Source: Octopus sinensis (lineage: Eukaryota). From it: a stretch of 64,000 nucleotides of DNA. The stretch's first letter is position 1. The number at the start of each line of letters is the position of its first letter. The stretch covers positions 32,488,001-32,552,000 of the forward strand of contig NC_043009.1 in assembly GCF_006345805.1 (NCBI RefSeq). The letters run 5' to 3'. The notes under the pieces are model-generated. The model was not told the origin of the DNA. It made no database searches and saw only the letters and a program-made list of their open reading frames with translations. Shown one piece after another: positions 41,138-52,838 of this stretch. Position numbers and translations under genes: made by a program.

Positions 41138-41342
41138 TTCTGTGTCTGTATTTGTCTCCCCAACATCGCTTGACAACCGATGGTGTGTCTGCGCCCCCGT
41201 AACTTAGCGGTTCGACAAAAAAGACCGATAGAATAAGTACTAGGCTTACAAAGAATAAGTCCTCGGGTCAATTTGCTCGACTAAAGGCGGTGCTCCAGCA
41301 TGGCCACAGTCAGATGACTAAAACAAGTAAACGAGTAAAAGA
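40888..41342 (+). mobile_element. Family B tRNA-SINE, full length, with central TA/TG microsatellite
   Basis: Head GGAGTGGCAGTGTGGTAAG...GGGTTCAGTCCC, CORE-like CCTTGGGCAAGT, tail GGCGGTGCTCCAGCATGGCCACAGTCAGATGACTAAAAC. Confidence 0.93.
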
Positions 41343-41359
41343 TATATATATATATATAT

Positions 41360-42250
41360 ACTAGCATTAAAGACCCATCGTTGCCGGGTCATAGTGCTAG
41401 TGCATGTATATATGTGTATATATATGTGTACATATTACATGTACAGCTATATATATATACATCTACACATAAAATGCAAAATGCAAAGTTATATCTCGAT
41501 ATCGCTAGTGATAACAATACTCAAAATATATAACAGACTGAAATTGTTAGCTCTTCTTTTTTCTCAACATTGTATACTTTAGAGACAATAGTCTTTTCTT
41601 TAATTTAATTTTTTATTATCCATCTGGACTATTCCATTTCTGCACGCTAATTATATTTTTAATTTATTCCCATTCATGTGAAACCACTTATTCAAGTTCA
41701 AATCATTGATGCAATTTTATACCAATTGCTATTTTTACTTTTGTATGTTACGATTATATTATACTTTAGTTTGATTTTAATTATTACTTACTACATACAA
41801 TTCAGTTGTTATTATTATTTTTATTGTTAAAGTGAAAGCATTATAGAGAAATAGAGAAATGTTTTTGTTTCACTTTTAACACGTAATACTGAAATAGTGG
41901 AGAAGATATGATATTGCTATGGGCTCGCTCTAGGCAAGAAGTTGAACATTTTGTTTTGCCCATGAAACTATATGGACCCTAAGTAAGGCAAGTGTAAAAT
42001 TTGAATGAAATTGGTTGTGTAGTTCTCAGGTTTTAGGGAATCGTAGTGGAGAAGATATGATATTGCTGTGGGCTCGCCCTAGGCAAAAAGTTAAAATGTT
42101 TTTTGCCATGACACTCCCCGGACCCTAAGTAAGGCATGTGTAAAATTTGAATGAAATTGGTTGTGTAGTTCTCAAGTTTTAGGGAAACACACAGACAGAC
42201 AGACAGACACACACACACACACACATTCTCAGTTTTATATATATAAAGAT
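41360..42250 (+). mobile_element. Non-autonomous Helitron/HINE-like element with internal ~150-bp tandem duplication
   Basis: Starts ACTAGCATTAAAGACCCATCGTTGCCGGGTC and ends (CAGA)n(CA)n...TTTTATATATATAAAGAT. About 41895-42040 is repeated at about 42045-42188. Confidence 0.6.
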
Positions 42251-43169
42251 ATACATAAACATGCATGTACATAAACATACATATACATACATATGACTGG
42301 GGGATTAATAAGGCGGCATAAATAAGGGGTTAGTAGTCTAAGAAAAATATGTTATTAAGCTCACTGCAGATAAAAATACACCTAGCTAACAAAAATGTCT
42401 TGGGATAGGTATCGTACTTCAGATTGCGCACAGCCGAGAGTCGAACAAAATTCGAAATCCAACACTGGTCATATTTGTAAATCCATCGTTACATAAGCTG
42501 GTTGAGATGGTGTGTTTTAAGACAGTACTATGTAAAATAGAAATAATTGGTTACCTCCATTTATTTGGGTTTTTTAAAAGTTTTTTAGGTTATTTAGGTG
42601 CGTTCATGGACTCAGTTTCGGTCAATCAATTGATTGATCGATTGAAAATATAGGGAATCGCCAGCACAATCCTATCTCCCTCAGAATCACACCAAACCAA
42701 CTGCCAAAGAATATTTATAGATAAAAACAGAAGATGGAATCTTGCCAGTGTGTCATTGATACAGAACTAATTCGTTTGTTTCTAGCCATCAAATTTAAGC
42801 TATTGTTCTTTCTTACCCCAGCTGAATAGTATTCACACCGAGTAGAGAAAGCTGATATCCCCACACCATCGTTGAAGTCAGTGGTAAGCTTACGTATACT
42901 TTTACCTCTTACACATATGGCGGGATTCTTTACAGTTTCCATCAGCGCAATATCGCTGACAAGGTCTGTACTATAAGTATTCCCTTTTTCATGAGAGATC
43001 AATTTTTCAACATAAACACTTCTACTTTGACAGATTCAAATAACGTGGTCAAGTAGAAACTAAGACTCAATGAAGAATCAAGTATCTTTACAGGAAAAAC
43101 ACAATGTCGAGTGAAAGAATTAATTTCTGATTTAGAATGCATACATACATACATTCGCATATACATACA

Positions 43170-43679
43170 TATACACATACCTACATGGTGGCTGCCCCCT
43201 CATTATCGAGTATGGCCATTGCATGAACCTTAATCAGTGTTGTTATCGTGCAATTCCTGTGCGAGACGACTTTTTTAAAGAGAGGAAAGGTTGTACACTG
43301 AGTCAGTCTCACTCACTAAGCAACAGCAGCCATAATCCGAAAAGAAGAACAAGTCAACATCATCGGTAACCACTGAGCCGCAGGTTTTTTGGCGGAGTTA
43401 TCCCAGTTACCTGAGTTACCTTCTCCTAGAAGGATGCTCTAACAAAGGCTAGGAGTCCTTCACTCCCAATGGTTTAACCGCGAGATCGGGTATTCAGTCC
43501 GATTATTTCTATGTCCCCGCGCATGATACAGCCTTAAGACATTTATTGGATGGCCGTTGACTCTCAAGAGTTCCTCCGCCCTTTGACGGTTTTTAATTTT
43601 CATCCCGCAGGGTGTCCAATAAACACCCTCCTCACCAAGCAAGCTTGGTGGGGTTGCCGGTTTAGTCGCCGACGACCCG

Positions 43680-43682
<3 letters not shown>
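43170..43682 (-). mobile_element. RTE-type LINE 5' UTR fragment
   Basis: GC-rich and hairpin-rich. Contains CTTCTAGGAGAAGGTAACTC, which resembles the RTE 5' UTR motif as I recall it. Confidence 0.5.
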
Positions 43683-43710
<28 letters not shown>

Positions 43711-43714
43711 CACG

Positions 43715-43724
<10 letters not shown>

Positions 43725-43751
<27 letters not shown>

Positions 43752-44024
43752 TTTTGGCCAAGAAGCGTCAATGTTTACAATTCTGTAAATGATAATAATA
43801 GTATTTTTATAAGTTTAAAACTTATAAGCGATCACCGCGCAATTACTAATAGTCTAATATGAACCCTCGACAGGAAAAAGCAGGTTTTGCCGTACGCGTG
43901 GAATTTTCCAGAGTTGTGAATTCGAGCCCGATACGCACGGGAAAAGCTACTTTTTTCTGTGGAGGGCTTATATGCTCCATTATTAGATTATTTTCTATAG
44001 TCATTGCGTGGTGATCGCTTGTAC

Positions 44025-44105
<81 letters not shown>

Positions 44106-44110
44106 GTATG

Positions 44111-44149
<39 letters not shown>

Positions 44150-44183
44150 TATGCATGTATATATATGTATATATGTATGTACA

Positions 44184-44255
<72 letters not shown>

Positions 44256-44745
44256 TTTTGGCCAAGAAGCGTCAATGTTTACAATTCTGTAAATGATAAT
44301 AATAGTATTTTTATAAGTTTAAAACTTATAAGCGATCACCGCGCAATTACTAATAGTCTAATATGAACCCTCGACAGGAAAAAGCAGGTTTTGCCGTACG
44401 CGTGGAATTTTCCAGAGTTGTGAATTCGAGCCCGATACGCACGGGAAAAGCTACTTTTTTCTGTGGAGGGCTTATATGCTCCATTATTAGATTATTTTCT
44501 ATAGTCATTGCGTGGTGATCGCTTGTACATATATATATATATATATATATAATATATATATATATATTATATATATATATATATATATTATATATATTAT
44601 ATATGTATATATATGTATGTATGTATATATATATATATATATATAATATATATATATATGCATGTATATATATGTATATATGTATGTACATATATGTATA
44701 TATATATATATATTATATATATATTATATATATATATATATGTAT
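43725..44745. repeat. Tandem duplication with a 504-bp period
   Basis: The unique core 43751-44025 appears identical to 44255-44529, and the flanking microsatellite interruption pattern is also repeated. Confidence 0.95.
43825..44021. mobile_element. TA-flanked MITE, 197 bp (second copy at 44329-44525)
   Basis: TIR AAGCGATCACCGCGCAATTACTA / reverse complement AAGCGATCACCACGCAATGACTA, with further CCCTC.ACAG.AAAAAG symmetry. Confidence 0.8.
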
Positions 44746-45317
44746 ATTACCAAAGGTAAGAGACAAGGATCATGGCGTAGGAAGATAGTAAGCTTCGAGC
44801 AGTCCGTAGAAGTTGTGGTAAAAAGAGCTTGCAGAAGAAATAATGGTTTATTAGCAAAGAAGGTTGTAAGTTTTTCCCGTATCGAATTTCGATATACTGA
44901 AAAGAATTGTTGTATGGCTTACGGTTACCAGCGGGTGTTGCTGTGTAGGCGAACAGAAATCAAGAGTTAGGGAATGAGATAGATAAAAACCAGGTTGCAT
45001 ATGTTTCATAGCAAGTAGAACCTCGGAAGTGGTAATTATCCAAACGCGGGATAATCCGCTAGCTACTCACCAGGCCTTAATCGTACGAAATTAACATTAT
45101 CGTCAAGGGATGCCATGTTGACTCGGAAAAGATTCGATTGAAAATGCGTGGAAAGCAAAGAATTTGAGAAGAAAAACATATTAGTGAAGGAGTAGGTAAC
45201 TGAAAAGGAAAGGATAAAAGGGAAGAGAGAGGGGGATGAGTAGGAGAAAATTGGGTATTCATGAAGCTAGCTAGGGGAAGGTCTTTGTGAATGTAGGTTG
45301 AGGTCATTTATGGGTTT

Positions 45318-45510
45318 TGTGTAGAATTATCCATGCCGGAGCACCGTCTTCAGTAGAATAAATGGATCCCAGGACTTATTCTTTGTAAGCCTAGTACTTA
45401 TTCTATCGACCTCTTTTGCCGAACTTCTAAGTTACGGGTACGTAAACACACCAACATTGGTTGTCAGGTGATGGTAGGGGGACACACAGACACACAGACA
45501 CACAAATACA
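45318..45510 (-). mobile_element. Family B SINE, 3' portion
   Basis: GGAGCACCG...CCCAGGACTTATTCTTTGTAAGCCTAGTACTTATTCTATCG. Confidence 0.85.
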
Positions 45511-45958
45511 TCTTGATAATACTAAAACTCTAGAGATGTTCGTGTGCAACTGAAATATCTCAGAAATAGTATACTTTGTCTTATGTTTTTTTATATATTT
45601 ACTTTCATACTTACCTTCGGCAGTGCCGTACAAATTTTTGTGGCATTTATAACTTTATTTAAAGTATTAAACACAATTTTTGTTATTTTTTGACGAAAAA
45701 TACTTGGCTTCTGTGACGTCAACACATATACGCACGTACAGAATACACACACATATAATGATTGTTATGGCTTGTCAATCAACACAATCACACGTCTGCT
45801 ATCTGTAACGTATACACACACATAGTCTTCAAACTCTCTAAGAAGAAAAAAACCGTCGACTTTTGACGTACACAATATTTTAATCATTTAGAAATATGTG
45901 TAACTGGATGTGATTTCATCATCCGGAGATCGCTAATTTCCGTAAAAAGTTTATTTAT

Positions 45959-46026
45959 TTACTTTTGTTTTAAAATGAAAGAGAGGAGAAAGTCGAAGAT
46001 GTATGAACATGTATATAAAATGGACG

Positions 46027-46074
<48 letters not shown>

Positions 46075-46355
46075 AGCGAGAGAAAGAGAATGAGTGAAGG
46101 GGTGTGTTGTCATGTATATGTACATACCACAATACATATGAGTACATCTTTTTTGCATGTACGTGTGCATATGTGTGTGAGACAGAGAGTGTGTGTGTGA
46201 GTGAACGTGTGTGTTTTCAATGTATGTGTAAGCGACACACTCTCTTTCTTTCTCTTTCTCTCTCTCTCCCCATCACTCACACACACACGTCCATTTCATA
46301 TACACGTTCATACATCTTTGACTTTCTCCTCTCTTTCACTTTAAAACAAAAGTAA
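45959..46355. mobile_element. Foldback/MITE-like element with ~75-bp TIRs running into (GA)n
   Basis: TTACTTTTGTTTTAAAATGAAAGAGAGGAGAAAGTCGAAGATGTATGAAC...ATGGACGTGTGTG is mirrored at about 46280-46355. Confidence 0.85.
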
Positions 46356-46599
46356 CAGGTGATTCCCAGGATAAAAAATTGTTTAAAAAAGGCTTCCACT
46401 CATGTAAATTGATTACTATTGTTTGGATGGTTCCGATTAAATAAGTCCAGAAGTTAGGTTAAACATATATACATACATAGGTACCGTGAATTCCTATTCT
46501 AAAAAATAGCAAACAATTGCGTGTATACTTTACCAGGCAAAGGTATTAAATCTAGTGTATATATATACACACATACTCTCAGGAAGGTCACATACTCTC

Positions 46600-48420
46600 A
46601 GGAATGAATCATTGCATGCAAGTACAGGTGGAGTTCCTGCTCAACCTCACCAATGCCTTATTCATGGAGCAAGTCGTACTCAAGCCAACTAGGGCGAATA
46701 ACATTCTGGATCTCTGCTTCACGAACAATATGGACATCATTCATGATGTGAAAGTGACACCGACATCAGTTTCGGATCACAACATAATAGAGCTGTCTAT
46801 GTTTGGGCCGAAAGTAACCAGAGACATACAGCCTAAAGGAAGCACCCGAAATCTCTCCAATCTGAACTTCCACAAAGCAGATTGGAAATCGATCCAAAAA
46901 GAGATCCTCAGAGAGAACTGGCCGGAATGTCTCTCCACACCAGACATTGACATGAAACTAGAATGTTTCATGTTTTCTATGCAAGCCGTATGCCAAAAAT
47001 ATGTCCCAGAGCACAAGGCCAAAACAAATAGGAGCAAGATTCCAAGAGACAGGAAGATCCTCATGAGACGACGGACGAAGGTTGAAAATCGTCTCAACCA
47101 ACATCCCAGCATTATGACTGGGTGTTGAGGCAGTTACTCAACAAATCAAATGTGGACGTAAACTACCTTGATTTTGCAAAAGCTTTTGACAAGGTGGATC
47201 ATGGTATGATATGCCACAAACTACGTGACCTCGACATAGCTGGAAAACTTGGAGTATGGTTGCATGACTTCCTGAAAGATAGGAGTCAGGCAGTAGTGGT
47301 TAATGGATCCACCTCTATGAACACACAAATAGTGAGCGGTGTTCCACAGGGCACTGTCTTGGGACCACTGCTTTTTATAGTGGCCCTCTCAGATATGCCT
47401 TCAAATTCCCGGATAGCCACTCTGGCCAGCTATGCAGACGATACGAAAGTCTCGCAGAAAATACAGAACCCCAGCGATGTTGTACACCTGCAGTAGGAGT
47501 TGGACTCAATCTACAGATGGGCTGAGGATAATAATATGCAGTTTAATGCTGAAAAATTTCAGGCCCTGCGCTACCAGCATCCAAAACTGAATATTAAACT
47601 TACAGGATACACCGGTCCACAGGGAATTTCAATCCCAGAGCCTAAGTCTGTGAGGGACCTGGGTATCGACATGAGTGATGATACCTCTTTCCAAGTGCAC
47701 CTTACCAGGATGGCGACGAAGTGCAGACGACTGGCTGGGTGGATCCTAAGAACATTCAGAACCAGAGATAAGGAAACCATGATGGTCCTCTGGTGGACAT
47801 TCGTCCTCAGTCGCCTGGATTACTGCTCACAGCTATGGTCACCCACCAGTGTAAAATTAACAGCGGACCTTGAAGCAATCCAGAGAAGATTCACAAAGAA
47901 GATCGTCTCTTTGCAACAGCTCAGCTACTGGGAAAGGTTGAAACAGCTAAGACTCTACTTGCTGGAGAGAATACGGGAGAGGTATGCAGTAATATATGTC
48001 TGGAAGATCCTGGAAGTAATTGTGCCACATTTTGGCGTTGTAAACTACACCAATGCTAGAACGGGACGACACAGCATAGTGCCAAAGATCCCAGCAATGC
48101 CATCACGCTTCAGGACCAGCTTCTGCAACAGCCTAGGTTTCAAGGGCCCACAGCTTTTTAATATTCTCCCAAAGAGTCTGGGGAACTTGCACAAAGTAGA
48201 TGTAGCGGTTTTAAAATCAAAGCTGGACATCTTCCTGTCAAGCGTCCCAGATGAACCTACCTCACGGCAAGAGGTGCAAATGAGAGTAGCTGTATCAAAC
48301 TCCATTCTTCACCAAGTGCCACATATTAGACGAGGTTCGTCGTAATAACAGTGTAGCACAATTTGGCGGTGCATCAGCATGGCCGCAGCTCTGAGCTGAA
48401 ACTAGAAAAAAAAAAAAATA
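46600..48420 (+). mobile_element. 5'-truncated CR1/L2-group LINE with internal deletion, 3' UTR and poly(A)
   Basis: APE C-terminal motifs PTRANNILDLCFTN and SDHNII. RT motifs YLDFAKAFDKVDH, SGVPQGTVLGPLLF and YADDTK. One premature TAG at 47494-47496, ORF end at 48345, A-tail to about 48419. Confidence 0.93.
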
Positions 48421-48430
48421 TATATATATA

Positions 48431-48560
48431 GGACGTGCGTCTTCAAGGCTTTATTCGGCTCGACGCTATAGTAGAAGACGCTTGCCCAAGGTGCCACACA
48501 GTGGGACTGAACACACAGCCATGTGGTTGGGAACCAACCTTCTTACCAAATACCCACTAT
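48431..48560 (-). mobile_element. Family B SINE, 5' portion
   Basis: GCTATAGTAGAAGACGCTTGCCCAAGGTGCCACACAGTGGGACTGAAC. Confidence 0.85.
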
Positions 48561-49205
48561 ATACCTAAATATATTTTTACGTTTATGAGTTTGTGTTGCA
48601 AGATTCCTTGTGGTTCCCGGAGATATATTTAAACAGAGTCGAAGACAAAAGTGCCAGATGAAGAAATTATAAGGAAGGTAAAGGAAGAGGGAGATAAATT
48701 GTAAGGAAGGAGAGAGATGTGGGAGATAAGGGGTTATGGTCAGTTGAGGCACATAGTATTTCGAGGAAAGTTGTTTGTTTAACGCCTGATTTTAAGACTA
48801 TATACGGGAATATGAGCGCACGTTGTACTTGTGTATACTTGTGTACAGAGGGAAGATTTATGAAGGAAAAGAAACCATGAAAATAGATATAGTATAAAAA
48901 AGTAAATGGTAAAAATAAAAATAAGAAATATGAAAACATAGAAAGATTTATAAGATAACATAATTATAATAATTTTAAAAGTAGCCCAAAAGTTGTTAGT
49001 AAGGAGATAGAGATAAGGAGAGAGTGGAAGACAGAGAGATATATAAATACATATGCATATATGTAATTAAATATATAGATGTATATATACACGTGCGTTG
49101 ATATCATATATGTATATATTAATTATATGTACCAATAGATTTATATGTAGATATATGTATATACATTTATATTATTACATCTATTTTTATATATATGTTA
49201 ATATG

Positions 49206-49239
<34 letters not shown>

Positions 49240-49247
49240 ATATATTA

Positions 49248-49308
<61 letters not shown>

Positions 49309-49834
49309 TGTGTGTATATATATATATAAAGATATATATATATACACATATATAGAGACATATACATTTATATACTTATATATATTTACAAGTATTTACA
49401 CACAAACACACACATATATATATATAGATGTACGCGTATAAATCTATGTATGTATATCAGACGTTAGATGATAAAATTTGGTTTACTTTCATCTATAAAA
49501 AACACAAAATACCATGTTTTATAGTTTGACGTTCTAAAATATTTAGTTTACTTTTGAAGTAAATTTAGTTAACTAGAAAAAATAGATGACCAGTTAATTA
49601 TGCAATTAACATGAATTTCGTTACAGAGATGAAACTAAAAAAAATGTGCACTAAATAAAACCGTGAACCATGAAATAAAATTTAAATTACAAAGTACATT
49701 CTATGGCAATCCCACAACTCATATTAATCACCATCAAAATATCAAAGTAAAATTTTACTAACACTTTACGAACAAATATAATAACGTCTACTTCGGTATT
49801 AAAGTCTTATGTGAGGTTTGTATGTAGATAGGTT

Positions 49835-49869
<35 letters not shown>

Positions 49870-50177
49870 TAATATATATATATATATATACATATATATA
49901 TTGATAAATATATATATCTACGTATGTTTGTGTGCGTGTGAGTATGCGTTTGTGTATCTATATTTGTAGGTATAGTAAATGCGAATTAAAGTCTTACGGA
50001 TGTTTGGGTACACACACACACGAACCTGTATGTGCGAGTATGGTTACATATAGATACATATGAATATATGAATATGGGCATAAGCGAATATATAGGTATC
50101 TTTATACGTAGTATAAATCTCTTCTCTCTCTTTCTCTGTACATACAAATACATATAGATATATGAGTATATATATAT

Positions 50178-52170
50178 ATATATATATAATAATAAATATT
50201 AGGGAATAAATCCAAATTTACAGGGAAAAAATCAGATTTAGGATTAAATCGATTTTATAGTAAAATATTATAAAATATTATTCGAGACAAAACCACTATT
50301 TTGCAAAACAAACAAGGAAAGACTTAATCAATACATAAATTTTAATAAATAGTCAAAAAAACCGCCACTACAATCGTTTCTTGTCTTGATCGACAATCTT
50401 CAGGTGGACTTCCAATCTAAAAAATCAATATTTTAAAAAATAAAATAATAATTTTAAAATAATTAAAGTATGAATGAAAAAATATAAGTATATAATCCAT
50501 ATATAACCTATCTATAATCCATATATAATCAATATATAAACAATATATAAACTAAAAAAACCTATCAACAATTAAATATAAAATATAAAATATAAAATAT
50601 AAAATATAAAATATAAAATATAAAACAAAACAAAAAAAAAAATAATAATAATAATATAATATTAAACTATATATACACCCATACGCATATACCACATTAT
50701 ATATAATCATATCTAACTACATACACTAAATCACACACCTATATATATATCCCTATACATACACATAAAAATGTCTAGGCAACTATAAATAAATAAAATA
50801 GCTAAATACTTCAACACAATACTTATTCATACTCCCACACACACACACATACAACCCACATTCACACTCTAGAAAATGGACATCACTCAAAACTATGAAC
50901 GGAGAAATAGAATAAATGGAATTAAAAATTATATTCACTTGGTAAAACGAACACTACTTAAAAATTATGAATGAAACAATGCAATAAAACAACAGACATC
51001 GCAAATAGACACAAATTACTACAAATTCCTTATCAAACCTACCATGATAACCAAAACTCATAAAAACATATAATGATAAAATCTCCCTTTACTAAACTCT
51101 ATAACAAACCTATATAGCAATCCCCCTAACCTAAACATTCACACACAAATACACACACGTAAACTACACACCCACGACATATACAAATACCCACACCTCT
51201 TACACATACCAATACATACATATAAACCTCAACATATACTCCAAAACCCACTCAACCCCACACAGACAAATAAACACAAAAATTATGAATGGATTCTTTT
51301 ATAAAACTACCATGATAAGCTAAAACTCACAAAACAGAAATGATAAAACCTCCCTTTACTAAACACTAAAATATACTTATATAGCAATTCCTTTAACCAA
51401 TACATTCACACACAAAAAACCACTCGTAAACCACACACCCATAACAAATACAAACTCCCACCCCACTCACACACACCCACAAGTACATATAAGCCTCAAC
51501 ATATACACCAAACAAAATTACTTTACCAAAGAACTTAACATATATATAAAAAGTATAACCGCTCTGGAAACGAACATCTCTAAATTAATGAATGGAGAAA
51601 TGGAAGAAATGGAATTAAAAATAAAATTCACGTGGCAAAACGAACACCACTCAAAAATTATGAATGAAACAATATAATAAAACAACCAACATCGAAAAAA
51701 GACAAATTACTACGAATTCCCTAAAAAAAAACCATGATAACCAAAACTCTTAAAAAACATATAACGATAAAATCTCCCTTTGCTAAACTCTATAACAAAC
51801 CTATATAGTAATCCCCCAAACCTAAACATTCACACACAAACACACACGTAAACCACAGACCCACGACTTATACACATACCTAAACTAACTTATAAACCTC
51901 CATATACACCAAAACCCACTCCCTCCCACACAGACAAATTAACTCATACATCCCAAAACCTAAATAACAAACCCATATACAAGCATGTGCGTCTAATGAT
52001 TTACTCTCCCTAACTAATCATATCACTGCGCAGACTCCGAACGTCCCGACAACACTAGGGAATTCTGGTATATCGCCTGGCGCTCATAATTTATCGAGAA
52101 ATATGTAAACAAATCAAATTGCGATAAAATAAAAATAATTATAATCGCTGGTATTACTAACACAAGCCAT
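50178..52170 (-). mobile_element. Non-coding Penelope-like/retrozyme-like element with internal subrepeats
   Basis: About 2 kb between (TA)n tracts, strongly AC-skewed on the plus strand. Three diverged subrepeats (about 50870-51290, 51280-51520, 51570-51960). Carries a hammerhead motif near its 3' end. Confidence 0.6.
50365..50407 (-). ncRNA. Minimal type I hammerhead ribozyme
   Basis: CCAC-CTGAAGA-TTGTC-GATCAA-GACAA-GAAAC-GATT-GTA-GTGG: stem I 4 bp, stem II 5 bp, intact core, GUA cleavage triplet. Confidence 0.8.
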
Positions 52171-52734
52171 ATATATATATATATATACATAATATATACA
52201 AATATATATGTGTGTGTATGTGCATAAATATGTGTATTTTTATATCTACATATACGCACAAATATCTCTAAATTTCTACACACACATACATACGCATATA
52301 TATATATATGTATATACACACACATATATCATACGTACAGACGCTTTATTTATGCGCACTCAGGTACATACGAACATAAGCATGCATGAACACACACGTA
52401 CATATATGTATGTCTGTGTCAGCTGAGATGTTTTCCAGGCAATAGATCAATACATGGACACATTCTGAAAGACGAAGAAAAGATTATGACTAATACAGTA
52501 TTACTACAAACACATACATCTATTCTCCTACTTACCTTCCTATCTACCCATCCCTATTTCTATTCATCTATTTATCCATTTCTCTCTCCATTTCTGTTTG
52601 CCTGTATGTATATATATATATGCATGTATGTATGTATGTATGTATGTATGTATGTATATATGTATGTATGTATGTATTCCTAAAAATTTTTTGCCCAGTC
52701 TGTTGTCTCAGTTTTCAAAACCCAAAATAACATG

Positions 52735-52838
52735 TCCCTGGCAGTGACCTACCGCCCGATCTCACTTACCCCTCATATCATCAAGGTATTTCAGATGGTG
52801 GTAAGATCACTAATAACCGACTTTCTTGAAAGGAACAG
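52735..52838 (+). mobile_element. CR1/L2-group RT fragment
   Basis: SLAVTYRPISLTPHIIKVFQMVVRSLITDFLERN contains the YRPISL motif. Confidence 0.8.

Noticed and set aside
42817-42965. Possible minus-strand exon containing DIALMET (serine-protease-like)
   Set aside because: Only a 4-residue resemblance, no catalytic His or Ser exons were found, and equally good splice signals on the plus strand give stops in all frames.
50870-51960. Subrepeats as a possible CRISPR-like or coding array
   Set aside because: The units are long, diverged and without unique spacers, and translation is interrupted by stops. They are better explained as internal tandem duplication in a mobile element.
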